DNA of 61,247 nt, counting the filler, from Ionaspis alba (lineage: Eukaryota): NCBI GenBank assembly GCA_964255285.1. It is 4 parts of 4 records of this genome, joined end to end, with 100 filler letters (N's around TTAATTAATTAA, not from the genome) between each part and the next. Parts side by side here need not be neighbours in the genome. Positions count along the whole stretch, not along the records: positions 30,744 to 45,954 come from CAXUUL010000386.1; positions 46,055 to 61,247 come from CAXUUL010000387.1; 2 more parts are not named here. One strand, written 5' to 3'. Of the stretch, positions 39,081 through 51,789 are shown piece by piece. The first letter of the stretch is position 1, and each line of letters starts with the position of its first letter. A model generated the notes under the pieces. That model saw only the letters and a list, made by a program, of their open reading frames with translations, did no database searches and was not told where the DNA came from. Position numbers and translations under genes: made by a program.

Positions 39081-41045
39081 ATGTCCCGCTTTGCCCAATC
39101 GCTGCTGCCAATTGCTGTCGTTATCCTGTCGGTTTTGTTAGTATTTACAGACGGGCAATCCTCTTGTCAGAAACAGACTGGTACGCCGTCGTGCTTTGCA
39201 ATCGGTAACTTCTTCTTACAGAGTAGTAGTCCGTGGAAAGCCTTTTCCAAGTCTCATAGATGTCACCACCGAAGACCTCGTTACAGGACTAGAGAGCGGA
39301 CAGTTTACGAGTGTCGAACTTACGAAGGTGCGTTTCTCTCAAGCCCTTAAGCCGCAGCATTTGAGACCTGTCAGGCGTACATTGCCAGGATCAACGAAGT
39401 CAATTCGACCCTGAACGTTGTTACCGAGATCAATCCAGATGCCTTGGCTATCGCAGCAAACCTGGACGAAGAGCGTGCGAACGGGAAAAGTAGAGGGTAT
39501 GTGGCACTTTGACAGACCTGGAATGATCTTGTTGACACCCAGGCAGTCCTCTACATGGCATACCAATCCTCATCAAGAACAACATTGCCACGAAAGACAA
39601 AATGTCAAACACTGGTATGTCAAAGCGTTCCTGATAATCGTCAAAAAATCAACTCATGTGGTAAGCGGGATCGTTTGCCCTACTTGGCGCCACGGTACCA
39701 CGCGATGCTGGGGTAGCCGCTAAGCTTCGTGCTGCCGGTGTTGTCATTCTCGGTAAGACAAACCTGAGTCAATGGGCGAATTTCAGATCGACCAACAGCT
39801 CCAACGGCTGGAGTGCCTATGGAGGCCAGGTCTTTGGTGCCTATTATCCACTTCAAGATCCGAGTGGAAGTTCAAGCGGGAGTGGCGTAGCATCGTCCAT
39901 TGGACTTGCTCTAGCATCCTTGGGCACCGAGGTATTTATCCCGATAATGGGTACCGGGGAATTAAGCTGATTTTGCAGACAAGTGGAAGCATTCTTAGTC
40001 CTAGCAACGTCAATAATCTTGTAGGAATCAAACCCACAGTGGGCCTCACATCCCGAGCATTGGTCATTCCTATCAGTCAGCGGCAGGACACCGTTGGGCC
40101 AATGGCTCGAACTGTCAAAGATGCCGCATACGTTCTTCAAGCTATTGCAGGAAAAGATCCCAATGATAACTACACCTCGGCCATTCCACACGGTCCTCTC
40201 CCAGATTATGTCGCTGCATGCAAATTCTCTGGACTTGTGGGGAAGCGTATTGGTATCCCACGAAACATCATCTACAAGGAAGAAGGGGATGCTCCTGTGC
40301 TGGCCGCGTTCGAAGAAGCTATCAAGATCGTCAAAAAGGCTGGAGCAATAGTGATTGACAACACAAACATTACCGCGTTCGCACTGGACAACTATTTGAA
40401 CGGCAACGCCTCTCTTATCGTGCTGGAAGCAGACTTCGTCGCTGATCTCCCAAACGAATACCTCTCGAAGCTCACAACGAATCCAAACAAAATCTTCAGT
40501 CTTGCAGACGCCAATAACTTCACTCACAGGTTCAAACCCGAGGACTATCCGGACCGCGATACGGTCATCTTCGATTCATCACTCGCACTGGGCTTTGACA
40601 ACACGAGTCCTCAATTCCAACCGTACCTTCAGAACAACCTCGTCACTGCAGGCACCCAAGGCATCATCGGGGCCATGAACAACAACAGCCTCGACGCTTT
40701 GATGATCCCGACGGATTTCTCGCCCGGGCTACCTGCCTTGATTGGGACTCCGGTCGTCACTGTACCAATGGGATTCTATCCTTCAAATACCACTATCATA
40801 AAGAACACTCGGGGAGATTTGGTGGCTACTGGACCAAACGTTCCGTGAGTGTCAACTTATCCTTCAGATATTTCAGCATTTCTGACCAATAATACAGCTT
40901 CGGTCTTAGCTTCATGGGCCGAGCCTTCACTGAGGCGAGTTTGATCTCGTATGCCTATGCGTACGAGCAGAGAACAATGGTCAGGAACAAAGTGCAACCC
41001 TATGTCGTACCAAACACCGAGCTGTCAGCAATAACCGGGGCGTAA
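39081..41045 (+). CDS. Secreted amidase-signature family enzyme
   Basis: Signal-like N-terminus; GPLHGIPILIKNNI (Lys), GSSSGSG, GTETSGSILSPS (Ser), GIKPTVGLTSR, QDTVGPMARTV; multiple introns. Confidence 0.92.
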
Positions 41046-41121
41046 ACTTGGGTAGGCGGGAAGGATGTGTTGCAGTTAATGCATGAAACGACAAGACGAG
41101 GATGTTGTTATTACTCTGATA

Positions 41122-42431
41122 TTATGTATCTATCCTAGTGTCTAGTGCAACATTGAATAGAGCACCTTCCGCTGCGTGTGGCGGTGTTTCTGGTTTTCGA
41201 AATCTTCCTTGCATCCAACATCGATACATCTTGAGCTGCTTCTGTCTATTGACAAGAAGTCGCCGATCAACACCGAGGCTGACAATCTCGAAGGCTGGCA
41301 CACTGGATCTGTCCTCCGTTGCCGAGACTGGTCGCGACTCGGTTTTCCCATTTCCGTCCTCCCTCTCATTCGATGCTGTGAGAGTCTTTCCTCCATTCTC
41401 TCCGTTAACCACATCGCGCAGCCAACTCGACCCGTCCCAGATGCCTCTCAACTCCTCCTCATCAAAGAAGTAAACCCTCGTCCCATCCCCACGAACATAA
41501 AAATTCTCCTCCAGCCACCTCCCCTTCTTGAACCTCACCTGCGCCAAATCTCCCCTACCATAATCCCTAAAACAGACCTCCCCACCCGGCTTCAGCGCCC
41601 TCCATACATTCCGCACAGCCTGGGCCCACTCCGTCGGGTTCAAAGCACTGAATATGAACACCATGAGAACCACATCCACGCTCTCAGGATCCACCCCAGG
41701 CGGCAGCGTCTCGGTTGTAGACGCCACATCCCACACCTCTGCCCTAATATGCTTTCCATCATATGCCTCATTCGCCCTAATCAACTCCACAGCCTTCTTC
41801 GAATAATCACACGCATAGATCACGAACTCCGGGTTCTCATTGACCGCTAGGATCGGGAACGCCGTATTGCCCGCTCCCGCCCCAATTTCCAGTATCACAT
41901 TCTTGCCCTTTTCGTCAGGCTCGCGTTTGCGGGTGCATTCAGCCAGAATGGGGAATTCCTGCCGCAGCCACTTGCGGTCTTTGAAGAAATTGGAAGAGTT
42001 GTGGCTGTAGAATTTGTTCCACCATTTCGCGGGCTCGGCGTTGAAGCGTTTTCGGTCGTAGTCTGAGACGCCGTTTGTGCGTTGAAGGGCGTATTGTGCG
42101 GTGCTGTAGGAGGTGTAGAGGGTGTCGGTGGAGGGGTCGACTGTAGCAAGAGATGATCAGGAGATTGTACGCGGATGGAGTGCGGTGGGAAGTTGGAGAA
42201 GGGGCTTACCGTTGTCCCAGGCGTTATAGCTTAGCACTTCATCTGTGTCTTGTAGGTAACGGGTGCCGAATTGGAAAGGATCGGTGCGTTTCAGGGTCTT
42301 GGAGGGGTCGTGGGTGCGCTGGTAGGGGATTTTAGGGGGCTGGACGTGAGCGGCTATGTTTTGGATTTCTGAGAAGCGGAGAGCGAACTTTGAATTTGGT
42401 GATTGGTTGTCTGGTGGACTTTGCTGAAGGG
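41122..42431 (-). CDS. TRM140: tRNA m3C methyltransferase (Trm140/Abp140/METTL2-6 family); start lies in N gap
   Basis: RTDPFQFGTRYL..YNAWDN, KWWNKFY..NFFKDRKWLRQEFP, LEIGAGAGNT, FRDYGRGDLAQVRFKKGR..ENFYVRGDGTRVYFF, RLLVNRQKQLKMYRCWMQ. Confidence 0.92.
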
Positions 42432-42531
42432 NNNNNNNNNNNNNNNNNNNNNNNNNNNNNNNNNNNNNNNNNNNNNNNNNNNNNNNNNNNNNNNNNNNNN
42501 NNNNNNNNNNNNNNNNNNNNNNNNNNNNNNN

Positions 42532-45392
42532 ATCCCACCCAATTTCTGGTCCAAGTCTGGGCAGTTCATCCGCCACGCTTTGCACATCCTTGTCACTTGA
42601 ATACAAGTCAGCTGAGAACGCGAGATGCATTGGGAATAAATATACCCTCTTCCACTGACACAGATTACAACATCTTGGTCTTTCCTCATTGTCTTGGCCA
42701 GCTCAATAGCGCCCCAGACAGCATGAGAAGTTTCTAGAGCGGGAATGATCCCCTCCATCTCACTGAGCAGCTTGAACCCCTCGAGAGCTTGAGCATCGGT
42801 AACGGCAATAAATGTTGCGCGTCCTGAATCTTTCCAAGCACTTAGCTCTGGCCTGTTGAGATATTTAGTGAAACATTATGATATTATTGATGACGTGACA
42901 CATCAGGGAAATATGCAGACTCTACTCACCCAACCCCAGCATAGTCCAGACCAGCTGAGATGGAATGGGTATCTTGTATCTGTCCGTGCTTATCCTGCAA
43001 CACATATGTCCTACTTCCATGCAAGACCCCCTTAGTGCCGCCAGTTAAAGAGGCGGAATGCCTCTTCGACTCAAGGCCGTCACCCCCAGCTTCGACTCCC
43101 AAAAGCTTCACACTTGGATCATTAATAAACGGATAAAACATTCCTAAAGCATTACTGCCCCCACCGATGCAGGCAACAACTGCATCCGGTAGTTTGTTTC
43201 GTTGTTCTAGCATTTGGGCCTTCGTCTCATCCCCGATGACAGTCTGAAAAGTGCGCACGATCGTGGGAAAGGGGTGTGGACCAATTGCTGAACCGATAAT
43301 GTGATAGGCGGTATCCACCTTCGTGATCCAAACTCGAAAACTCTCATTTACGGCGTCTCTAAGAGTTCGTGAACCTGCCTCAACAGGGATGACCTGAGCA
43401 CCAAGTAATTTGATCCTGAATACGTTCAGTGCCTGTCTCCTGACATCTTCCTATAGAGCTGTTAGATATAAACTTGCAACACTGTCCCAAGCCTGTGAAC
43501 TTACTGCTCCCATGAAGATTGTGCACTTCATGTTGAATTTAGCACAGACTGTAGCAGTTGCCACACCATGCATGCCAGCACCGGTCTGAGCAATGATTTC
43601 AGTCTTACCCAAGCGACGAGCCAGAAGAATCTGTGCCAGAGCGCTGTTGATCTTATGACTTCCAGTATGGTTCAGATCCTCACGCTTCAACCAAATGGTA
43701 GCTCCGCCAACATGTTCGGTAAGGCGTTCTGCGACATGAAGATGCGCAGGCCTTCCTAAATAGGGGTAGTGTGATCGAAATTCTGCCCAAAACTCGGGGT
43801 CATTCCGAATTTTATGAAAACCTGCCTCCAATTCTGAAAGGCAATTCATTAGCGATTCTGGGGCATAGGAACCCCCAAATTCACCAAAGCGTGTAGAAAA
43901 GAGTTCTGGATCTTCTCCCTCAGCATTCATGGCCTCTACTTGATCAAGCAGTCCTGACTGGTTGCCATTTGAATAAATGGTACCATTCATCTGCGCGGTA
44001 CCATTCACCTGCGCGGTACCATTCACCTGCGCGGNNNNNNNNNNNNNNNNNNNNNNNNNNNNNNNNNNNNNNNNNNNNNNNNNNNNNNNNNNNNNNNNNN
44101 NNNNNNNNNNNNNNNNNNNNNNNNNNNNNNNNNNACCATTCACCTGCGCGGCACCATTCACTTGCACGGCACCATTCACCTGCACGGCACCATTTAGCTC
44201 TTGAGCTTCAGTCAAGGTTTCAATAATACTAACTTTTCGAGTCGTTCGACACTCTGGCGAATTCCTCCTTCCACATATCTCAGCGCAGTATTCCTCGGCA
44301 ACTTTGGCCCGCTCTCCAGGAACGGCCTCGGCCAAGGTTGTGATAATTTGACTGCCAATGACAACACCATCTGCTATGCTGGCTACACTCAAGAAGTGAT
44401 CTCTTGTGCTGACACCGAAACCAACTGCTGTTGGGACATTGCCAGAGTATTGCTTGATTCGTTTCAAGAGCTGTGGTAGATCGGCATTAAGAGTACCTGT
44501 TGCACCCGTGACGCCCATACGTGATACAACGTAGACGAATGAGTCCGCAAGTTTGCAGAGTAATTTGAGCCGGCTCTCAGAAGTGGCTGGAACAAAAAGT
44601 CAGAAGCTAAGCAGGTCGGACGAATAATGTGAGAAGGGCTTACAAGGGGCGATAAGAGGTACGTATGACAGTCTGTATACAATTGTCAGTGAGGATAATT
44701 TATCGTAATAGAAGTATCATGACTTACCCGCCCTTCGCACAGAAATTCCTGAATTTCACAGCCTCGTGTGGAGGAAGATCTACCACAATAAAGCCATTCA
44801 CACCAGCCGCACGACAATCATTCAACAATCGCTCCTCGCCATAGCTCAATAGTGGATTGTAATAACCCATTAATAGCAGCGGTGCTCTGAGACCTCTTTT
44901 CCGAGCTTCCCTTACCATCCCTAGGGTTGACTCTATGGTGACGTTATTCGCAAGCGCTTGCTATACATATGATGAGCAAACATGCAGATAACACATGAGA
45001 ATCAACGAACAGTATTTGCGTTCTGAATCGTAGGCCCATCCGCGAAGGGATCCGTGAAAGGCTGGCGTTAATATTAGAAAGATCGGTGAGTATCAAAGAG
45101 ACTACTAACAACACCGAGTTCAATGAGATCTGCGAAAAAAAGTTAAGAACGTAAGTCAATCGAGTCGAGATATTGCATACCTGCACCCCCAGCTTCTAAT
45201 CCTAATATGATATCTACAGCTTCTTCAACAGTAGGATATCCAGCTGTGACAAAAGTCACAAAGGCAGGCTATATCATAAATCAGCAATGCCTTCATGAAC
45301 CTCATATCAATACACATAGCTTCCGCCACTAAAGGGATATATACCCGATTTTCTTCTTTGCATTGCGCAAATGTCTGAACAATAGCCTCCAT
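42532..45392 (-). CDS. TRP5: Fused alpha-beta tryptophan synthase-like protein with a non-canonical beta active site; last few codons in N gap
   Basis: Alpha: [44 protein letters not shown]. Beta: [52 protein letters not shown]. About nine introns. Symbol denotes family; orthology is doubtful. Confidence 0.9.
43980..44193 (-). repeat. Coding 18-bp minisatellite (NGxAQV hexapeptide) in the TrpS alpha-beta linker, with an unresolved N gap
   Basis: Units accattcacctgcgcggt on both sides of the gap 44035-44134. Confidence 0.9.
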
Positions 45393-45562
45393 ATTGAAAA
45401 GAATGAAGGTTTTCTGCTGGCCGATTGATTGAATTGGGAAATTCTCAAGAGGTCAAAGCCAGCTGTAGGAAAGGAGGACTAAAGAGTGTGTTGTAAAGAA
45501 GATTTGGATTATATACACGTAACTCTCAGTTCTTACTGGATTCAAACCCTTGATATCCAGCA

Positions 45563-45675
45563 CAGCGAGGTACCCACCCAAGGTCTTACGTATGACTCGG
45601 TCAGCGTGGTAGCTATCCATGGTCTTACGCATGACGCAGTTAGCAAGGTATTTATCCAAGGTCTTACGTACAATC
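45563..45675 (+). repeat. Three tandem 39-bp imperfect repeats upstream of the TrpS gene
   Basis: Units start at 45563, 45602, 45641; shared core (t/c)cca(a/t)ggtcttacg; unit 1 contains ATGACTC. Confidence 0.85.
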
Positions 45676-45954
45676 TTCATGGGTATCTATTGATAGTGGT
45701 GCTTATTTCAAGGGTGTGCATGAGAAGGCACCGAGGAGTTGTAGAAAGCGTACAAAGGAGGTATGCTCGATTCAGGGATTGAACGGAGGAATTGCACGCG
45801 TACCGCCGCTGGCTCAAGGTATTTCTATTGCTCACTGCTTTAGTGGCTTAGGTAGGTAGGTGGTTTGCAATAGTACTGTACTTCACTCTATACGATGCTA
45901 CTTAGCAAGTGCCAGGATTCTTAAAACCGGGGGTTTCGTGTACCAATAACAGAC

Positions 45955-46054
45955 NNNNNNNNNNNNNNNNNNNNNNNNNNNNNNNNNNNNNNNNNNNNTT
46001 AATTAATTAANNNNNNNNNNNNNNNNNNNNNNNNNNNNNNNNNNNNNNNNNNNN
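45955..46054. other. Artificial scaffold-joining linker
   Basis: N44-TTAATTAATTAA-N44. Confidence 0.97.
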
Positions 46055-46387
46055 ACAACACCCAATGCTGGGACTATTCCGATCTGGCCTGTTTGGGTTG
46101 TCGTAGAAGGTACTGCATTTGCAGCGAGCTGAGTGGGTGAGGTCGTCGTAGGAACGCTTGCTGTGCTCGTGGTTGATGTAAAGGATGTCGAAGAGGAGTC
46201 GCTAGCAGTTGTAGAGACGTTAAAGGCCCGGGCATGCTTGAAGTGCCTGATATTCGTTAGCTATGCCTTACCCTGGCTTTGTGAGACATGGCAGATCAAC
46301 TTACAAGTGAGACTCTCGACGTAGAATCGGACCAGCGACAGTATTATGAGCAAGAGCTGCCAGCAGCACCAATCTTTCCAGAAGCAT
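46055..46387 (-). CDS. Secreted Ser/Thr-rich protein, N-terminal fragment (truncated)
   Basis: Hand translation MLLERLVLLAALAHNTVAGPILRR (signal peptide + dibasic site), intron 46247-46304 (GTAAGT..CTAAC..CAG), then HFKHARAFNVSTTASDSSSTSFTSTTST... Confidence 0.65.
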
Positions 46388-48476
46388 GGTTAAGAGTCGT
46401 GATTAGCGCGAGTATTGTGGTACAAGACTTGTTGCCAATGCGAGATATAGAAAGAGAGAATAGGAAACCTTGCGAGCAGCAAAGAGCAGCAGGTGAGACG
46501 CTGTGTTTGGGATATTGAAAAGTTATTAAAATGAATATTACAGCAAAAGATCGAAATGGCAAACAAGTAAAGAGTGAATAGGAGAGATCACACGAACAGT
46601 AAGGAAAAGTAAAGAGAGATGAACGAAAGTGAGCTACACGATAGTGAAGCAGTTCGTACTGGAGTCACGAATTGACGCGAAGGGAAGGGCAGAGATTCTT
46701 GTAGCATCTGGTGGTCCTTCGGAGAACAACGAAGAGCTCGATACGCCTGTCGCAGGAGTCGTAGCCATAGCTGTGTAGCTATTCTTGAGAACATGAGACA
46801 GCGATCCAGAGCCTCAGATCCCTCAGGTACCAATGTATTCCTACCAGAAAGAGTCTCGGCCATTAGGCCGGCGGGTTCTGCGACATAGCGCCATGGATCT
46901 GTCTGCTCGGAAGTTACCAGTCAAGCTCATAATAGCTTTATTGACGTTTCACATCAGAAAGAAAGCTGGCGAGTCGCGACGTGAGTTGAGATGCAAAAGT
47001 TTAAGGTCGCGGGCGGCTGCAGATAATTGTGGAGGAAGAGGCATGATTGGCTCTCCGCGTATTGGCCCAAGTCCGGTCTCGGCGGGCTAGACTCGTTGGA
47101 ACTTGAGGCTCTTCATATTAGTCTTCCGTTTTTACCATTGCATATTCTTACAACTACGAGTATCGTAATGTACACGTGTATGAATGGATCTTGCATATTC
47201 GAGGGTATAGAATCTGCTATTCATAGTTTAGAGTAGTCCGCATGTGTAAATTTATGAGTGCAAGCAACAGTCCTGACCGATCGTGGAAGTCTGCTCACCC
47301 GTTCCTACCGCATTGGCACTGTAGCCAATACCACCTCGTTGGCTTCGACTCTCTTACAGACCTTTTCCATTCTCGTACCCATGCTCGACTCGCAGTCAGT
47401 GAGAGCAACGACCTCGACCATGCCTGCGTCTTTATCCTGAATTCGTCTCCCCTACCAGACGTCTTCATTCTCGACGTCTACTATCGAAATTACGGTGCAG
47501 ACGAACCAAAGGGATGCGTAAAAGAGAAATCGTTCGTCTGCCCTGGCTAATTGACAGTATAGCTCAACGGCGCTGTTCCATGAGGAAGGATATTGGTAGC
47601 AGCATTGCAGGAAAATGCTTTCAACTGTCAGCAATACAGTCGATGGCAGAGAGAGTTATATCCGTGTGCATGTAGTACCACCCTCAGAGCTGCGGCAGAT
47701 CGTAGTTGCAGCATAGTTAACCACACAAGAGCATGTGAGACAAGGCATACATTTCAGCACCGGATAATTACCCCACGGCTCATCGAGGGCGGATACTGCA
47801 ATGGACAAGACACGCATGCCTGAGAGCAAGCAGATTCAGGGGACATGCATCCGTGGCAAAGGGCCACCAAGTATGGAGGGTGATATGATGGAAAAGTCGC
47901 TGGTGATCGCCGGTGCATAGATACGTCCAACGAACCCTAGGCAGCAGCAGCAGCGAGCAAAGGGTGATGCGGATACAGCAGAGTGATAGACCACCGGCAC
48001 AGGGCAATGGTCTACTGCCAATCCATTCGGGCTCACAGTGGATGCATATTACGTTTGAATCCTCAATGGTATAAGTAAGCGAGTCATATCTTATCAATCA
48101 GGCTTGACGAGGATGTAGCGAGACGTTTCGGGGGATACAAAGAAAAGAAAAGGCGGACTACCGCTGGTAGTAGTGGTGCTAGCCACAGCCGAGACATGGT
48201 GCAAGACGGAAGTGGAAAAGAAATGGCATTTGCGCTATTATTCCGACACGCATTTGAGACGAAGCGAATGGCAAGGAAGGGATCTGCGCTTGCGACACAA
48301 ACGCGGAGTAACAGACCTTGCTACTGCAGGAAGCCAATGCGGAGGTAGTACGTAGAGTAGCATTCACAGCCCACCGCCAAACCTGGACACCAACCGAGCT
48401 TGGGTCTCGTGCTTATATTCTTGCACTCAGGCCATGGCCAGACAAACCCTGCCCTAGTCTCTACCTATCTACCTCC

Positions 48477-51400
48477 TTACCATCCCATAGCACGTAGCCC
48501 CGCTATCGTATCATTCCCATCCCCACTCTCCTTCTTCCTCTGTCCCGCCAACTCCAGTTGAATGCCTCGATGCACATGCACCAACCAATCAACATAACTC
48601 TGCGCCTCACCATTCCGATCCTCGACCAGCAACCTCGCGAATTCATATTCCGCACCATCCAGTCCTTGTCTCGCCAACTGCACCGTCAGAGCTTTACTCC
48701 CTCTCACTGACGCCCAGTAGGACAGAATATTCCGGACTTGGCAATTGAGATGCGTCTGGAGGATGGGGATCGAAGAGAGGAACGGATCGAGCGCCTGCAA
48801 GGAAGTTTGATTTTCGCCAAAGAGATCCTCGAGCAGGTTCGGCGAGACCTGGGCATGCAGCCAGAGAAGACAGCACTGGCCGTCGTCGACAAGGTAAGCC
48901 CCGCCCTCCTCTATTCGGGAGAACGACGCGCGCAAGGATGACGGTAGGACCAGGTGGCCTGTTTCGGGATGCGGGAACCCTTGTTCCGGGGACAGTGAGT
49001 GCAGGGCTATGATGCGGGGGTAGAGGAGGAGCGACAGTTCGAGGGGAGAGGCGGATTTGATGAGGCGCATGGTATGGGTTCGGCGGTCGGACGGTTCGGA
49101 GCCGGCTTTGAAGGCTCTGCATTTGAGCAGGCCGAGAGTGTACATACTGAATTCCTTGAGGTTTTCGGGCAGCACGAGTTGGCCTGGCGGGTGGGAGCCG
49201 GAGAAGGCTTTGCGGTAGCCGCCGAGGATGTCGATGGTTTTTTCCGTCAGTGCACTGCGGAGATCCTTGAGGGTTCGCTCGGTCATTCGTGTGGCAGCTG
49301 GGAAATCTGTCAGCCCATGCCGGAGATGTTTTTCAGTGTTGGGAATGGTATATCACCTTCTTTCGCGATCATGTTGACGACAGCGTCCTGATCAATGAAC
49401 CTCATGCTTTCCACAGCTCCTTCGCTGACACTCGCCACTGTATTTGTACATCTAACCCTTCTCTCTCCATTGGCTGTGGTGTAAAGTAAAGCGCATTGGA
49501 AATGGGCATCCAGCTTGGCATCCAACTTTCCATCATAGCTGAACATTACACCAACAGCTTTGTCGGCGTCGATGACACCGAACTCGAGATCAGCACCAAA
49601 TGTATGCTGCAAGAAATTTCCATGATAAGACGAAACTTGCAAGCCGTTCGAGCACCGCACTTTCATCAAAGCTTGGTAACCCGTTTCTCGGGTCACCGTA
49701 TGTTTGATCTCTAGGGACAGTTTGAGAACATCCCTAGGAGAGTGGAAGTTTGGATAGAAGAATGTCTCGCCTCCGCTCAGTGCCGAGACATGTCCTTGCC
49801 TGCATGTCAGCCCGCTCTGAGATTTGGACGTCTCGTACAGACTTACCAATGGTAGCAATATCCATATAGACCCCTCCAGGAGCAGCGATAAAGAAGTCCA
49901 CTCCAACGCCACTTTCTACCATTTTGCTTCCAGCTTTCTTCCATCCCGGATGTTCGGTCTGGAACAACTTCTTTTCGGTCTCGATGCCATGATGCTTGCC
50001 GTCGTCTCTCATGAACAATCTACCTGGACCCCACGTTGGTAGAGCTGACAGTGAGCATACGATCTTGCCACCCGTCGAAGACAAAGCAGCTAGAGCGGCA
50101 TTCAATGTTGGTAGTAGAGCTGGTTCAGGATTCTTGATGTCAGAGAAGAGTTTAGGTATTTGCGTGAGGAGCGAGGTGATGATTGATCTGTACAATTCAG
50201 CGATGTCTCAGTCATTGGAAGCCCTGAATGCGGCCCACCTTGACTCGTATGGGTCAACAAACAGTCCGTCACTGCCAAGCGGAACAAAGGGATCTTCGAT
50301 ATCCGGCATCACGAGCATCTGAGGCTGCTCCAGATTCGCCTAAACAAAATTAGCGCCATTAGTCAAAAATATGTAGTGGACGATATATACTTACGTTGCA
50401 ATTATAAAAATGAATATCCTTATCAAACGTCACAAACCCCACCTTCGACCCCAGCGGAATCGCCCTCTTCACCTCCCCAGCCTCCCCATTTTCCTTCTCT
50501 CCCTCCCCATCCTCCTCCCCATCAGCATACAACGCTCCCAGAACCCCATCACAAAAAGCCTCAAGAAAGCCCCGATTGATAGCTTCCTGCCCCACATCTA
50601 TAACAAACAGCCATCTCAACCCCACAGGCTCTTTCGCCCAATACTCCTTCGGAACCATAAACTCCACAGTCCCCAGCCTCAATTCGGGCCGCTGCTCCCG
50701 ATCGACCCTCACGCCTGAAGGGTCGGTGGGCGCGAAATATTCTGGTGGCACATCGTTCGGGAATGTACACATGTTGCAGACGAATTTGTTGCCGCCAGAT
50801 CGGAAGCTCATGAACGGGTTGATGTACGTTCTACACCTTCGACACCTTGGAGGTCCCGGCTCGCCGAAGTCGAGGACGGGTATGGGCTGTTCGCCAGGTT
50901 GAGTAGTCGCGGCCAAGGGTTGCAGGACAAGACCCAGTGGTAGAGCAGTGGTTGCGAGAGCCTCGGAGGTCGAGGGTATGTTGTTAAGGGTCAGACGGGC
51001 GTATTTCGGAGACGAGTTGCCCTGGTCGTAGGCGATGAAGGGGACGGCGCCGGGAGGAGGCAGATGTTGGTCCATGGTGTAGTAGACGTGATCGAGATAG
51101 TACTGAGCCGGAACGTCTCGAGATCTCGGAATGCTTGGTATCGCTTCAGGGTCAACACGCCCTTGAGCAGAGACTCCTGGACCAGTTGGTGCGGGCAATC
51201 CTCCTCCTCCTCCCGTACTTGGTCGACTACCCTGATTAAATCCCACTTCTCCCGCAGCCGGAAATTGATTCATAGCCGATGTGATCTGTTGGCCTGCGTA
51301 GGCATGTCCAGGGCCCGTCTGCTGCGGCTGTTCCCCACTCAGGTATTGTGTTGCATTTACGTTGCCTTGTGGTATGCCATTGAAGGCCTGAGACGAGCCA

Positions 51401-51789
51401 CCCGGCTGCTCAAGGTTGTGGTATGCATGCCGATGCTTCTTCTTGTTTGTCCGGCCAGGCCCAGTCCCATCATGACCAATCCCCATAGATCCCATCTGGG
51501 AAGCAAGACCTGCCATTTGTCCGTCGCTTTGCTGTGTGCCATAGCCAGCCTGTGGGAAATATCCTTGCTCCTGTGAAGGCGTGCCTTGAGAATGGTAGTA
51601 GGGTGGTTGAGGGGATCCATATTGTGGGGCTCGAGTGGTAGGACTCTGCTGGCTGTATGGGTTGTCTCCGGGATATGCTGACGGTGTGGAAGTAGCCTGG
51701 GGACGGTATTGTGAGCTAGTCGGCCTGCCCTGCGCGTTACGGAGATCGTGCTCTTGCCCGAGGGCGTGATACATGGTATGTTCTGACAT
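48477..51789 (-). CDS. SFB3: COPII coat Sec24-family protein (Sfb3/Lst1, SEC24C/D-like)
   Basis: Q/G/P-rich N-terminus, DQGNSSPKYARLT, zinc finger RCRRCRTYINPF..CNMC, trunk domain, KVRCSNGLQV, LVEDRNGEAQSYVDWLVHVHR. Confidence 0.9.

Noticed and set aside
41895..42149. Apparent frameshift in the Trm140-like gene (as in yeast ABP140)
   Set aside because: Hand translation is continuous in frame from VDPSTD through KWWNKFY to VILEIGAGAG; the ORF caller merely began at an internal GTG.
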